A DNA stretch of 64,000 nucleotides, taken from positions 175,705 to 239,704 of the forward strand of contig VRVR01000015.1 of the NCBI GenBank assembly GCA_009859145.1, read 5' to 3'. Origin of the DNA: Andalucia godoyi And28. Taxonomy: Eukaryota; Protista; Jakobida. This document shows, piece after piece, positions 19,895 through 30,415 of this stretch (the first letter of the stretch is position 1; each line of letters starts with the position of its first letter). A model generated the notes under the pieces. The model was not told where the DNA came from and ran no database searches. It worked only from the letters and a program-made list of their open reading frames with translations. The position numbers and the translations under genes are program-made.

Positions 19895-21514
19895 TCAAGC
19901 TTTGCCATCGTCAAACTCTTTGAGTGCGCGCGCTTCCTTCTCTCGTATTTGGTGGTAGACATCCTTCTTCTTGCGCTCCAATTCCAGCTGCATTTGTTTG
20001 AACTTTTCTGCCGATGGTGTAAAGGACAAGCAGATTTGGATTTGTCGCAACAGAATGTCATCTCCCTGTAAGAGGCTACTAAACGTCCCGAATGAAATCC
20101 CGCCCGAGTTGGCAGCGTCGAATTTCTTGTACGTCTGCTGCACTGCGAAAAGAACGTCCTCCAGTTTGTAATCTTTGGATAAACTCAGAAGAACTTTGTA
20201 AACTTCCTGTCGCTGAAGCATCTCCGTTTCTTGGACATCAAAAATATAAAATATGGGACGCGCTGCTTGCTCCGGAGAGGCCTTTGTAATGTCCGAGAGG
20301 CGGTGTACAAAGCCGTGAAAATCAATCTGTCCCTTGATTGATGCTCGGTTAAACCTGTCAAAAGCCATAAAAAATCGTTGTTGAGCGAAGCTGTCGTGGA
20401 TTCCAAACACCGAATTGAGAATCTCATAAAACTGCTCCTTGGAAGCCTTCGGGATGTCCCACGTGGCCTTGGGGGCAGACTTCACGTCCGGAACACTGCC
20501 TTCCAACGCAGTCATCCATCGGTGATAAATATCCTCAATGTCTTCGGCAGAAAACTGCGTTGATGTCTCAAACTCTTTGCAAAATGCATACGTCTTCTTT
20601 GGCTTTGCTTTCTTTTCCTTCTTGGACTTATCTGTTTTCTCCGCAGATTCCAAAGCTGGACGTTCCGGCTCCGTCGGCGACGAGCGGCCTGAAGTAGCAG
20701 ACGACGCCGTTGGTGACCCCTTGAAACGGCGCTCTCGAGACGTTGTTGCTCCAGAGGGAGAAAACGAGGCCAACAGGGAATTTGAGACTCCTGCTGCTGA
20801 ACCCGCAGCAGGAGAAGTGGCAGCAGATGGGGGCTTTGGCGACAATGAGGAGCTGGGAACAGAAGTACCCGCTCCAGACTCGACCATTCCCGGAGAAGAC
20901 TTCTGGCGAGCCGACAATGGCATAACGGTGCGGTAGTCCTTTGTAAATGACTGCGGAGCAAACGTCAGTTCATGTGATTCACGAGCATCCAACAACTCTC
21001 GCTGCTTAACTTGGTTGGCTTCCTTGTTTCGCAAGAACTCCTGCTGTCGCTCCAACACTGATTTCGCAACTGGTGCATTAGAAGCAGATGTTCCTCCCAT
21101 AGGTGACACCGCAGAAGCAGTCATCCCGTTTGTGGACGAAGGACTGAGGGAATTTTCGCTTCGAGCAAGCATTGGAGACACGCTGTTGGGAGAAACGGCA
21201 GAACCAGGGCCAGCTTGGGAAACGCCAATCTTTGGCAGGGAAATCTGTTCTGGAGCTGCAGGAATCAGTCCGGCAACCACGATTTCGAGAGGCGGGAGCG
21301 CAGGAAACTCTGCATTTCGACAGCTTGCTTTGATTTCGAGAAGTGCAATGAGCGAAAGACGCTCGCGGTCATCATCCGTCAACAATGCAGAGTGCGGCGG
21401 CTGCGTGTACTCGAGTACCCAGGAAATAAGTGCCCGCGTACGCGAGGGAAGACCCAAAACTGTATTCTGATAATGAGCAAGCAACTTGCGTCGCTCGATC
21501 CAGCTGAAAGGCAT
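19895..21514 (-). CDS. EF-hand protein (calcineurin B/NCS-like C-terminal domain, low-complexity middle)
   Basis: FFMAFDRFNRASIKGQIDFHGFV, FYIFDVQETEMLQRQEV, KKFDAANSGGISFGTF. The ORF-track extension to 22171 overlaps the antisense SMP-30 gene, so the start is placed at MPFSW (uncertain). Confidence 0.8.
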   Translation of the reverse strand: MPFSWIERRKLLAHYQNTVLGLPSRTRALISWVLEYTQPPHSALLTDDDRERLSLIALLEIKASCRNAEFPALPPLEIVVAGLIPAAPEQISLPKIGVSQAGPGSAVSPNSVSPMLARSENSLSPSSTNGMTASAVSPMGGTSASNAPVAKSVLERQQEFLRNKEANQVKQRELLDARESHELTFAPQSFTKDYRTVMPLSARQKSSPGMVESGAGTSVPSSSLSPKPPSAATSPAAGSAAGVSNSLLASFSPSGATTSRERRFKGSPTASSATSGRSSPTEPERPALESAEKTDKSKKEKKAKPKKTYAFCKEFETSTQFSAEDIEDIYHRWMTALEGSVPDVKSAPKATWDIPKASKEQFYEILNSVFGIHDSFAQQRFFMAFDRFNRASIKGQIDFHGFVHRLSDITKASPEQAARPIFYIFDVQETEMLQRQEVYKVLLSLSKDYKLEDVLFAVQQTYKKFDAANSGGISFGTFSSLLQGDDILLRQIQICLSFTPSAEKFKQMQLELERKKKDVYHQIREKEARALKEFDDGKA

Positions 21515-21883
21515 GATGTGAATGCAGATTTGAAGAAAGGCAATCAGAAGCAAATAGGAGAAAACTTTGAGGTCAAAGGAACTTGCCAGAGCTTTTTTCT
21601 TTTCTTTGCCCTCTGCGCAAGGAGCTGCGGGGAACCTTTTTTTTTTTTGCATCAAGTGATGCTTGATGCCGGATGCCTGTGGATTTTTGGGCATTATTTT
21701 TTTTTTAACTGTTGGTTTTGTTTGTGTGGTATTGGCACTTTTTGTCGGGTGCCAAGAAGCGTTAGCAGCGTGTTGCGTTGGTGACTCGTGTCCAAACTCG
21801 CAACCAAAAAAAAAAAAAAGAAGAACCCATTTCTTTCTCTTTTTTTTTGTTCGGTACCGCAAAAGGGCCTTTTTGCCAGTGTC

Positions 21884-22892
21884 ATGTCGGTTCAGAAAAT
21901 CTGCTCGGGAGGCCGTCACCTTTGCTCGCCCTTTGTTGATCGCCAAGGAAGAGTATTCGCCGTTTCCCAAGGAACAGGAGAAATTTTGCGTGTTGACGAG
22001 CACCACCGCTTTGAAGTATGCTGTCTTTTGTTCTTCTTTTTTTAAAATAAGTGCTGGTTGATTCCCACGCGTAATGCTAACATATTTTTTCTGCAAATTT
22101 CTCTTTTGTTCAGGTATTTTCTTCCTCTGGAGGTGCTCCTTCTTGCATTGCATTTGATATTGACAATGCACTCTACGTTGGCGACTTTGCGCATTGTGCC
22201 ATCTGTATGTGTGAGCTTGTTTTTTGCTTTTATTGGTATTTGTGATTGTTTGCGATTTATGATATTAATCTGACATCTTGCGCTTTGCAGTGACGATGGT
22301 GGAAGACGGTTCGTTGACCGAATACGTCAAAGAGTACGAGTCGAGACCCTTTGTTGGACCGTCTGCAATTGTTTTCGATGATCGAGCAAATTTTTACTTT
22401 TTGGACTCGGGGTCTTTTGGTGTCACCTCCCTTGGAAAGTCTTCTGGATCTCTGTTTTATGTCTCTGCCGAGGACCAGATTCTTCACCCAATTCTGCTCA
22501 ACTGTTTGTCTCAGCCGTCTGGGCTTGCTATCCACATTCATGGCGTCACTCCTATTGTGTATGTTGCTGAAACTTCGACCAATCGAATTTTGCGAGTTGT
22601 TCGGACTCCTTCTGGCGTGTTCCAGTCTTCTGTTTTCTTCCAGTTTTCGGGCAGAGTCGGACCATCCGCACTTGCATGTGATTCCAGAGGAAATATCTAC
22701 GTCTCCCGCTTCGAATGGTCTGCGATCATGAAGGACGGGGAAATTGTTGTTTTATCTCCATTAGGAGTGGAGCTTCGGAAAATTGTAGTTCCTGGTGCCC
22801 CAGAAATCTCAGGTTTGCATTTCCATGAAGACGACGGAGTGCTGTACGCCACGGAAGCTTCTTCGAACATGCTTTTCAAAATTGTTGTTTAA
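21884..22892 (+). CDS. SMP-30/gluconolactonase-like beta-propeller, 3 exons (21884-22015, 22114-22204, 22291-22892; 274 aa)
   Basis: Introns GTATGC..GCTAAC..CAG and GTATGT..TCTGAC..CAG splice in frame to give MSVQKICSGG...HHRFE|VFSSSGGAPSCIAFDIDNALYVGDFAHCAI|LTMVEDG...GPSALACDSRGNIYV. Confidence 0.85.
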
Positions 22893-22922
22893 AATGGACG
22901 TTTATTTGCTTTGCTGCTGCAT

Positions 22923-25139
22923 TTATTGTTGTTTGTTTTTCACTCGATTCGCAAGATCAGACTCAAATTCATTCTTCGCGAACTGGAAAATGTCTTCGAA
23001 TTCGTCGTCGGTGGGGATCAGTCTGAACCGCGGTTTGGAAACAATCTGCCGTCTTGAGGAGAGCTTCGTCGGCCCAGCCGCCGTTTTGAAACAGCTCTCC
23101 AACGCTTGACCACACCGCTCAAACGGAGGTAGTCGCCGATTGAAGTCAAAATAATAATCGAAATGATGATGAGCAAAGAACTGCGTTCGATAAGCGTCCT
23201 CCCAGTCTGCATCGTTGTCGATGTCACTGAAAGAAGTGTACGCTTTTGACAAGATACCAGTGTCAATCCATAACGGCAGAAACTGCTGGGTGAGGATGAG
23301 GCGAGTCTGAATTTCTGTGATTTCTGGTATGGATTCCTTTTTGTAGGTCTCCATGTCCACAAGATTTCGTAGCAGATTACGGGACTGAAGAAGGAAGAAC
23401 CGTTTCTTCTCCACAGCAAAGATTTCTCTGCAGAGACCCAAGTATTGCACCATTTCATTCGCATACCGAGCTTTGGCGTCTTTGAGGAACTTGCGAACGG
23501 CCATAGAACGACTGCTGTCAGGAAGGATAGTCAGCTCATGTTCGTCCAACCACTGCTCTGCCGATTCAACAGTCGCAACCGTAGGACGTACTAATTCAAT
23601 CTCCTTGTCTTTCTTGCCCTCCTTTGCACTCTTTTTGCTGGCAGATTTCTCTTTTTCTGGTGGCCTTTCAAGAGATGTGTCCTTGCGGACAAGATCGATC
23701 TGCAGCTGAGCCAAGACTTCTTGAATCCTGACCTGCCTCTTTCTTTTCTCAAACTCTATCAGCTGTTGACTCACAATCAGAGACTGGGTTTTGAGCTTGA
23801 AAAGGAATTTTCGAATGATTTGCTGGCACTTCTTGACTTTTGCAACAAAAAGATGCACAGCGTTTCGGGACTTGTTGGATTTCACAAAAAGACGCAAGAA
23901 ACATGCGATAATCGTTGCTGACTGGCATTTTCGTCGAATTCGCAATGTTGTTCTCCATTTAGGGATCTGTCTCGAAATGACGTCGATCGAGGTCTGTTTT
24001 TTCTGCTGAGCCTTCTGCCTCAAAAACGGGACGATAATAGTGCGGAAGGTATTCTCAGCTCGCAGTTTCCGTTCGCGGTCTTTTCTCAGAAACTGCTCGA
24101 TTCTCAAGTTTTGGATCCAGTACTTCATGTTCTTCACGACGTGTACGAGGGTGAACCACTCTTTCTGGACTGGTTTCATTTTCTTCCGCCACTCAATCTC
24201 TTGTACATTCTGCATCGCTTTTTCGCGCCGTCTCTCAGCCTTTTCGACTGCTGCGTTCTTCTCATCTTCTTTCCTGCGCTCCTCCACAAGCTTGCGATCT
24301 CGAGCTTCTTCTAGATAGCGCATCTCCTTTGTCGCAAGTTCTTTTGCTTGTGCTGCACGGTAAGCCTTGGAGAATTTCGAAGAATCTTTCTTGTTCACAT
24401 CGACAAAGTTTGTTATTCCAGCTTCTCTCCAGTGCTTCTCATTCTCTTCTTTTCGAAGGCTTTCGTACTTGGAACATTTTGCTACGCATTCCTTTTCAGC
24501 CCTCTCCAGATCTTCCGGATTTTTCATGTAGAACTCTACGAGATCATTGAGCTTCTTCTGAAAATCCTTGGAGTGATTGGTTGGCTGTGCTGCACTGCGT
24601 TTCATGATTCTTGATCGGGTTGTGTCATCCCCTTCCTCACCATTCTTTGAGGATTTTCTGTCCTCCAGCGCTGTCGGGCTCTTTATCCCACCAAGTTCTG
24701 AGAACGCCACGCTGACAAGACGTTCGATTTCTCCGACTGTGGAAACAGAATGATTCTTCAGTCCTCCTCTTGAGGCGTCTTTGGAATTCATCAACCCAGA
24801 ATCCTGCATAGCCGAAAAGGACAATCCGAAAGCAGAGATTGAACACGAATCGGCTTCTTCGCGATTCGGGAGGTTTACGAGAGTCTTGGACTGTTCGTTA
24901 CGGCGCACAGTCAACGAAGACACGGATCTTCGAGCGGGATCTGGATTCGAAAACAGACCCGCATTTCTAGATGTCGGTCGAGGAAACGGCGGAATAACCT
25001 TTTCGTTCGCAACAGAAAAATCAATGCTTGCAGTTTCCTGTTCAAAGCTGCCCTTCTCAAAGGCACCGGCACGACGGTTTCTGGATGACAAAGGAGGCAG
25101 CTGGAAAAAACTGTTTCCGGAGAGATTGCTCAAGCTCAT
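22923..25139 (-). CDS. Coiled-coil hypothetical protein with IQ-like segments
   Basis: 738-aa ATG ORF; charged coiled coil, and SATIIACFLR and KKCQQIIRKFL segments. Confidence 0.75.
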   Translation of the reverse strand: MSLSNLSGNSFFQLPPLSSRNRRAGAFEKGSFEQETASIDFSVANEKVIPPFPRPTSRNAGLFSNPDPARRSVSSLTVRRNEQSKTLVNLPNREEADSCSISAFGLSFSAMQDSGLMNSKDASRGGLKNHSVSTVGEIERLVSVAFSELGGIKSPTALEDRKSSKNGEEGDDTTRSRIMKRSAAQPTNHSKDFQKKLNDLVEFYMKNPEDLERAEKECVAKCSKYESLRKEENEKHWREAGITNFVDVNKKDSSKFSKAYRAAQAKELATKEMRYLEEARDRKLVEERRKEDEKNAAVEKAERRREKAMQNVQEIEWRKKMKPVQKEWFTLVHVVKNMKYWIQNLRIEQFLRKDRERKLRAENTFRTIIVPFLRQKAQQKKQTSIDVISRQIPKWRTTLRIRRKCQSATIIACFLRLFVKSNKSRNAVHLFVAKVKKCQQIIRKFLFKLKTQSLIVSQQLIEFEKRKRQVRIQEVLAQLQIDLVRKDTSLERPPEKEKSASKKSAKEGKKDKEIELVRPTVATVESAEQWLDEHELTILPDSSRSMAVRKFLKDAKARYANEMVQYLGLCREIFAVEKKRFFLLQSRNLLRNLVDMETYKKESIPEITEIQTRLILTQQFLPLWIDTGILSKAYTSFSDIDNDADWEDAYRTQFFAHHHFDYYFDFNRRLPPFERCGQALESCFKTAAGPTKLSSRRQIVSKPRFRLIPTDDEFEDIFQFAKNEFESDLANRVKNKQQ

Positions 25140-25509
25140 AATTGCAAACCCCCCCGAACAATTTGGTTTATACTGGTTGGTGTTTTCTGCTTTTTAGGAT
25201 TTTCTGTAATTTGGAGATATCAAAATTAGAAACGGCATTGAGAAACAACAAGGTAGAAACAAACGGCACCCCCCTCCCCCAAAAGCAGAACAAAACAAAA
25301 ACAAAAAAACAAAAAACTGGACATATCGCGGCTTGAAAATGAACCTGCTGTAGGGGAGGTCCGGCACTCGCTCTTTTTGCTTTTTTGATTCACCTTTGTT
25401 TCTGGTTGGAAGAGGGTGTGTCTTGTCCGCTTTTCTTTTTTTTTTTCGCTTTGGCATTGATCGGTTCCTCTTATTTGCTTGCGATTTCAACCACGTGACC
25501 GGATCCATC

Positions 25510-26844
25510 ATGAAAGAGCGTAAATCAAAATCCAGATCTTCTTCAAATGCCCAAGATTCTCTTTATAGACAGATTCAGTCGGATCGAATAGTTTTGGGAG
25601 GAAAAAATCGTCCAGAAAAAGCATCTCGTTCGAACCGTGTGGATGATGATGATATGAACCAGGAATCGGAGGTCTCGTTGCCCGCCCGCGCAGCACAAAA
25701 GATGCTTGAAGCAGCGCGGGAAATGGAAGATGAAGCGGCTCGAGAACTTGTGAGCGCTGAACAAATTCGTGCAATTTCCGAGATGCCGGATCTCGAGGAT
25801 CTCGCGGACGATGATGACGTGTCGGAAACGATGTCGTGCACGCAGGAGGATGTTACTCTGGATCCCGAAGACGAAGCTGCGATGGCAGCCTTCTCAAGAG
25901 AAGTCAATCGTCGGAACGGTGCTGTTGGTCCTTCCACAACACGAACTCTTGCTGACGTGATTTTGCAAAAGATCGCGGAAGCAGAAGCTGGTAAGCATCC
26001 GAAGAACTTGGAGGAACTTGACAATGAAGTGGAAAAGAAGATTGTGGATCCAAAGGTTGTTGCAGTGTACAGAAAAGTTGGGCAATTTCTTTCGCGATAC
26101 AGAGCCGGAAAACTTCCGAAGGCTCTCAAGATTGTTCCGTCTTTGAATGGTTGGGAGGAAATCGTGTGGTTGATGCGCCCATTTGAGTGGTCTCCTCAGT
26201 CAGTGTACGTTACCACAAAGCTGTTTGCTGCTGGTCTGAACGCCAGAATGGCTCAGCGATTTTACGCTCTCGTTCTTCTTCCGCACCTTCGCAACAATTT
26301 GAAGGAGAATAAGAGGCTGAATTTTCATTTGTATGCCGCCGTTACGAAGGCATTGTTCAAGCCTGCAGCCTTTTTCAAAGGCATTGTTCTACCTCTGTGT
26401 GAATCAACGGATGTCACGCTTCGAGAAGCAACAATTCTTAGTTCGGTACTATCAAAAAAATCAATTCCCATGTTGGATTCCGCAGCATGCTTGCTGAAAT
26501 TGGCCGAAAATCGATTTTCGGGTTCTGTATCCGTGTTTCTTCGGGTTTTGATTGACAAGAAGTACGCCCTACCTCGAAGAGTGGTTGATGCGCTTGTGGA
26601 CCACTTTTGCGGATTCACGGACTTCCGGATGCCGGACGAGCCTGGTGTGCCTAAGGAGCTGCCTGTGCTGTGGCATCAGGGACTTCTTTCGTTTGTGAGC
26701 AGATACAAAGGCGATATTTCCGCAAAGCAACGCGAGCAGTTGTTTGCCTTGATGCGAGTTCACCAGCATCATTTGATCACCCCTGAAGTGAGGAGAGAGT
26801 TGTCCTTCATTCAGGCGAGAAACGATGTTGTACGCAGATCCTAA
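25510..26844 (+). CDS. BYSL: Bystin / Enp1 (40S biogenesis)
   Basis: RTLADVIL, YRAGKLPKALKIVP, RLNFHLY, ALFKPAAFFKGIVLPL, DKKYALP, LPVLWHQ. Confidence 0.96.
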   Translation: MKERKSKSRSSSNAQDSLYRQIQSDRIVLGGKNRPEKASRSNRVDDDDMNQESEVSLPARAAQKMLEAAREMEDEAARELVSAEQIRAISEMPDLEDLADDDDVSETMSCTQEDVTLDPEDEAAMAAFSREVNRRNGAVGPSTTRTLADVILQKIAEAEAGKHPKNLEELDNEVEKKIVDPKVVAVYRKVGQFLSRYRAGKLPKALKIVPSLNGWEEIVWLMRPFEWSPQSVYVTTKLFAAGLNARMAQRFYALVLLPHLRNNLKENKRLNFHLYAAVTKALFKPAAFFKGIVLPLCESTDVTLREATILSSVLSKKSIPMLDSAACLLKLAENRFSGSVSVFLRVLIDKKYALPRRVVDALVDHFCGFTDFRMPDEPGVPKELPVLWHQGLLSFVSRYKGDISAKQREQLFALMRVHQHHLITPEVRRELSFIQARNDVVRRS

Positions 26845-27114
26845 GGGGTGGTGATAGTAGTAGTGGTAGTAAACAGCTTTTATGCATCGTCATTCGTGGG
26901 CGTTGTCTCCGTCATTCGTGCAATGTCGCGTGCTGGACCTCTGATTATAATCGGCTGTAGAGTTGAAGAAGGGGCGAAACATTGGGCTCCATGCAGCGAT
27001 TACTAGTGAACGGCAAGATGGTCGACTCATCGAACAGCGTTTCTTTTTTGTCTTTTTAGAATTGCAAATTGGTTCTCAGATAACACAGAGAGATCAAAAA
27101 TAAAAAGAATCGTC

Positions 27115-28122
27115 ATGTCTTTGTCTGTTTCGCTGCCTTTCAGAAAGAGCGACACGGTTGAAGAAGAAGGAGGTTCCTCTGACCACCTCCGATCAGTTGT
27201 GCTTCCCGGTGACTCTGTTAGTGGTGCTCCCGGAGTATTGCGAGGACACGGGACATTACTTTCGCAATCGTCTGGATCTGCTGACCAGTCGGTTTCGTCC
27301 TCTGCGCTGGGAACTGTTTCTTTCTTGCACGCTCTCGTTTCTGTAAAGCCATTGCATGGAAGATACTTCCCATCTGTTGGAGACGTAATTGTTGGGCGAG
27401 TCGTTTCTGTCTTGGGCTCAAAATGGATGTTCGACATCAGAGCGAACGTTGATGCGTCCTTGTCTCTTGCAAGTTCTCACGTTACACCATTCGTTGTAAC
27501 CAGCGATGGTGCCAGTTCATCAGCTCCTGTTCAGCTCCAGTCGGAGAGCATTCGACGACGGACAGAAGCTGATGCTCGGCATATGCGGACCGTTTATTCA
27601 GAAGGTGATGTTGTTGTTTCAGAAGTGCAAGCTGTCTCCTCGTCTGGAGAGATATCTTTGCAAACACGATCGTCAAAATTTGGAAAGCTTCAGTACGGTA
27701 CGCTTGTGCGCAGTCGTCCATCGCTGATAGTCCGAAGTCCGCATCATATGCTTCACATCGGCGGCGATGTATCAATCGTTCTGGGGATGAATGGCTATGT
27801 TTGGATTCAGCCAGCGCTGCATATACTGGCGGAACAGAAAGATGCAGAGGCAACTGACGACTCAGAGCAGGTCGGATCGTTTGTGTCCTTCGAGAATCGT
27901 CCAGAGGGCTTCTCAAAAAGAGTCCCGTTCTCCGTAAGACAACGTGTCGCTCGGGTGGCAAACTGTGTCCGCGTATTAACTTTACTTGAAATGCCGATAT
28001 CAACAGGAAGTATTAATCGTGTTCTTGCGAACTCAGAATCCTTGGATCTAAACGTCCGAGACATGCTGCTTCGAGGAAATGTTATTGATCTTGTCGGAAA
28101 CATAGAAGACGTTGGCGAATAG
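27115..28122 (+). CDS. RRP4: Exosome component Rrp4 (EXOSC2)
   Basis: VVLPGD..LRGHGT, RYFPSVGDVIVGRV, LQTRSSKFGKL, IVLGMNGYVWI. Confidence 0.93.
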   Translation: MSLSVSLPFRKSDTVEEEGGSSDHLRSVVLPGDSVSGAPGVLRGHGTLLSQSSGSADQSVSSSALGTVSFLHALVSVKPLHGRYFPSVGDVIVGRVVSVLGSKWMFDIRANVDASLSLASSHVTPFVVTSDGASSSAPVQLQSESIRRRTEADARHMRTVYSEGDVVVSEVQAVSSSGEISLQTRSSKFGKLQYGTLVRSRPSLIVRSPHHMLHIGGDVSIVLGMNGYVWIQPALHILAEQKDAEATDDSEQVGSFVSFENRPEGFSKRVPFSVRQRVARVANCVRVLTLLEMPISTGSINRVLANSESLDLNVRDMLLRGNVIDLVGNIEDVGE

Positions 28123-28170
28123 AACAGCAGTCCAGGCAGACTTCTTCTGAATTGCGCAATAATTTATTCA

Positions 28171-28494
28171 TCATGAATCTGCGGCTTGCGAATCCTCGGC
28201 ACCTGCCGGAATTTCAGAACCCGGAACATCCACATGCGGTTCTTCATATTCTCCATCTCCAAGTCGCAGACACACATAAATTATTTGATCATTCTGGATA
28301 GCCATGTCTGCTATGCTCTTGTCTTCTGGAAACACCTTGCAACCTTCGTCGGAATGGAACATAAGCCGGGAACCTCCATAACTTGAACCAAGCAATTGCT
28401 CAAGCTTTCGCAGAATGTCCCCGCCTTTGTCAACGGGATCTGCATGTAAAAAGACGCAAACTTTGTTTCTTTTCAATCGGATATAAAGTGACAT
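28171..28494 (-). CDS. Elongin B-like ubiquitin-fold protein
   Basis: MSLYIRLKRNKVCVFLHADP...DKSIADMAIQNDQIIYVCLRLGDGEYEE resembles plant/protist Elongin B-like proteins. Start at the ATG at 28494. Confidence 0.75.
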   Translation of the reverse strand: MSLYIRLKRNKVCVFLHADPVDKGGDILRKLEQLLGSSYGGSRLMFHSDEGCKVFPEDKSIADMAIQNDQIIYVCLRLGDGEYEEPHVDVPGSEIPAGAEDSQAADS

Positions 28495-30253
28495 GATCTC
28501 AACGTATTTATATTTGCTGCAGTTGTTCCAGAATGTCGCGGACAGCATGATTTTGTAAAAATAAGCCAGTGAAGAATCAGATTTCCAGGTTAGCATTTCA
28601 CCTCAGAATGCAGCCAGCACGTTTAATGTACAGCAGATGAAAACAACTTCATTTACGATAGACATGCTCGTTTCGAAATCTATTACTACCACAATTGATT
28701 GCATTCGTTGGCTGCAGTCATCCGATTGTGGAGAGGCAACATGCCTCGGTATTGGCAATTCTGACAGACCCTGGCTAAACGACGAGAGGAAAAGGCCTAC
28801 CAGTTTAATCAAAACTGGACTTCACCGATGGCAGAGTTAGCACCACGTACAGTGGCTCAGCGTGTTCGCTTATCGAGACACACACAAAAACCTACACGCC
28901 GGCAGAATCTAAAGTTAGTGTGGATAGTCGTTAGGATGCGGACAGCAAACCAGGAATCGCTTATTCTAGCTAAAGTTGAACCGACCAAAGACAATGAAAC
29001 CGCATATCGAGACGAATCTTCTTTTCGAGCTATTTTTACAAGAGTGCAGCCGTAAATGTCGCAGTAAGATCGAAGACTGGGCAAATGTGATTAGAAAAGG
29101 GCTGAGAAGCAAACAGCAACACGGCGTGCATGGGAGAAACAAGGATCAGAATGGCTCAGATCAGACCGGAGACAGATACCATTCACCGTGGCGGCAGAAG
29201 AGGAGCCAACGCTGTGGGGAACCAGCGAAAAACCCGGATATCGAAGCCGCTTCATTCGGATGCCAAAAATGGCAGACTCAGACAACTACCTGTCGGTTGC
29301 AGAAATCCTGGTAAGAATGAAGGATAATTGGAATGGTTAATCAGTTAGCCTGCAAGCAGTCCTGGAACCACGATAAAACAGAATCTGCAACTAAACCGAT
29401 TTAACCCAGTTTCTGCTTACCAGCACAAGGCAAGCCGAACTGGAGCAATCGTCAGATTCATCAGCTGGTTGGGATCAAAACCCGAGAAACACAACTGAGT
29501 GATCGGGGGACTGTGCGTCGTGTTCAGAAAACGTCAGAAAACAGGAACACTCTCGCCCAGGATACCACACCTGCCAACGGAGACTTAAAACTCGATTTGT
29601 TGGCTTTGTAAGCGGTAATGCTGCATCGCAGCATTACCGAGAGCAATAAAATCACAAAAATCGAGATGAGATGGAATAATCTCGGTCACGCACGCCAGCA
29701 CGATGAAAATGACGGTAAATTTACCAGTTATCGAGACATCCAGCAAGTCGGTGATAACGAATATTACCTCTGTCGTCGCCTGTGCTGGAAATCAGTATCA
29801 GTTCACTGTGCAGCTGGCAGTATATGCCTGGTCTCCAGATGAAGTCTTGAGATTCAAAAAACTTTAGAGATTGATATGCCAGAGAAATCTGCAAAGACTA
29901 TTTCCAAGCATCAGGGCTCCATTCAGGGCCTCTCGGAAAGACCCGCTCTTTCCTTCGAGTTTGTGGCATTTTCTTTCTTGAAATCAGGACGAAGGTGGGA
30001 AAACTGTGAAGACATTTGGGCGAAGCCGTCGATAATGGGTCTCCGAATCGAACCGATTTGTAAATAACATCATCCATATTGGAATACCAACCGCGCCAAA
30101 AGGTTTGCTAGCTGCCCGTGAAATGCGAAACATGCATTTCCAACATCCATTGCAAGTAATGCTGAGTAACACTGTCTCAACGAACTGACGCCAACTCCGG
30201 TACAGTGTGATATCATAGTTGTTCGTTGCCATGTATGGTGTGAGGTACGTACA

Positions 30254-30298
30254 TTATGACGTATATTATGACGTTCGTAATGACGCATTTTTATGATC
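30254..30298 (+). promoter_or_regulatory. TGACG array with 12-bp period (as-1/bZIP-like)
   Basis: TTATGACG at 30254 and 30266, TAATGACG at 30278, TTATGATC at 30291; upstream of the broken 7TM gene. Confidence 0.4.
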
Positions 30299-30415
30299 CA
30301 TGAGGCAACTGAGGAACAGCACTCCGACGTCATACATAAGGAATTGTTTGTTTATTTGTTTTTTCTTTTTTCTTTTTTCGCTTTATGAAAACATTTTGTC
30401 ACAAACGATCTTTTA

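Noticed and set aside
21515-22171. N-terminal extension of the 758-aa EF-hand ORF
   Set aside because: It overlaps the antisense exons and introns of the SMP-30-like gene and reads as A/T-tract noise.
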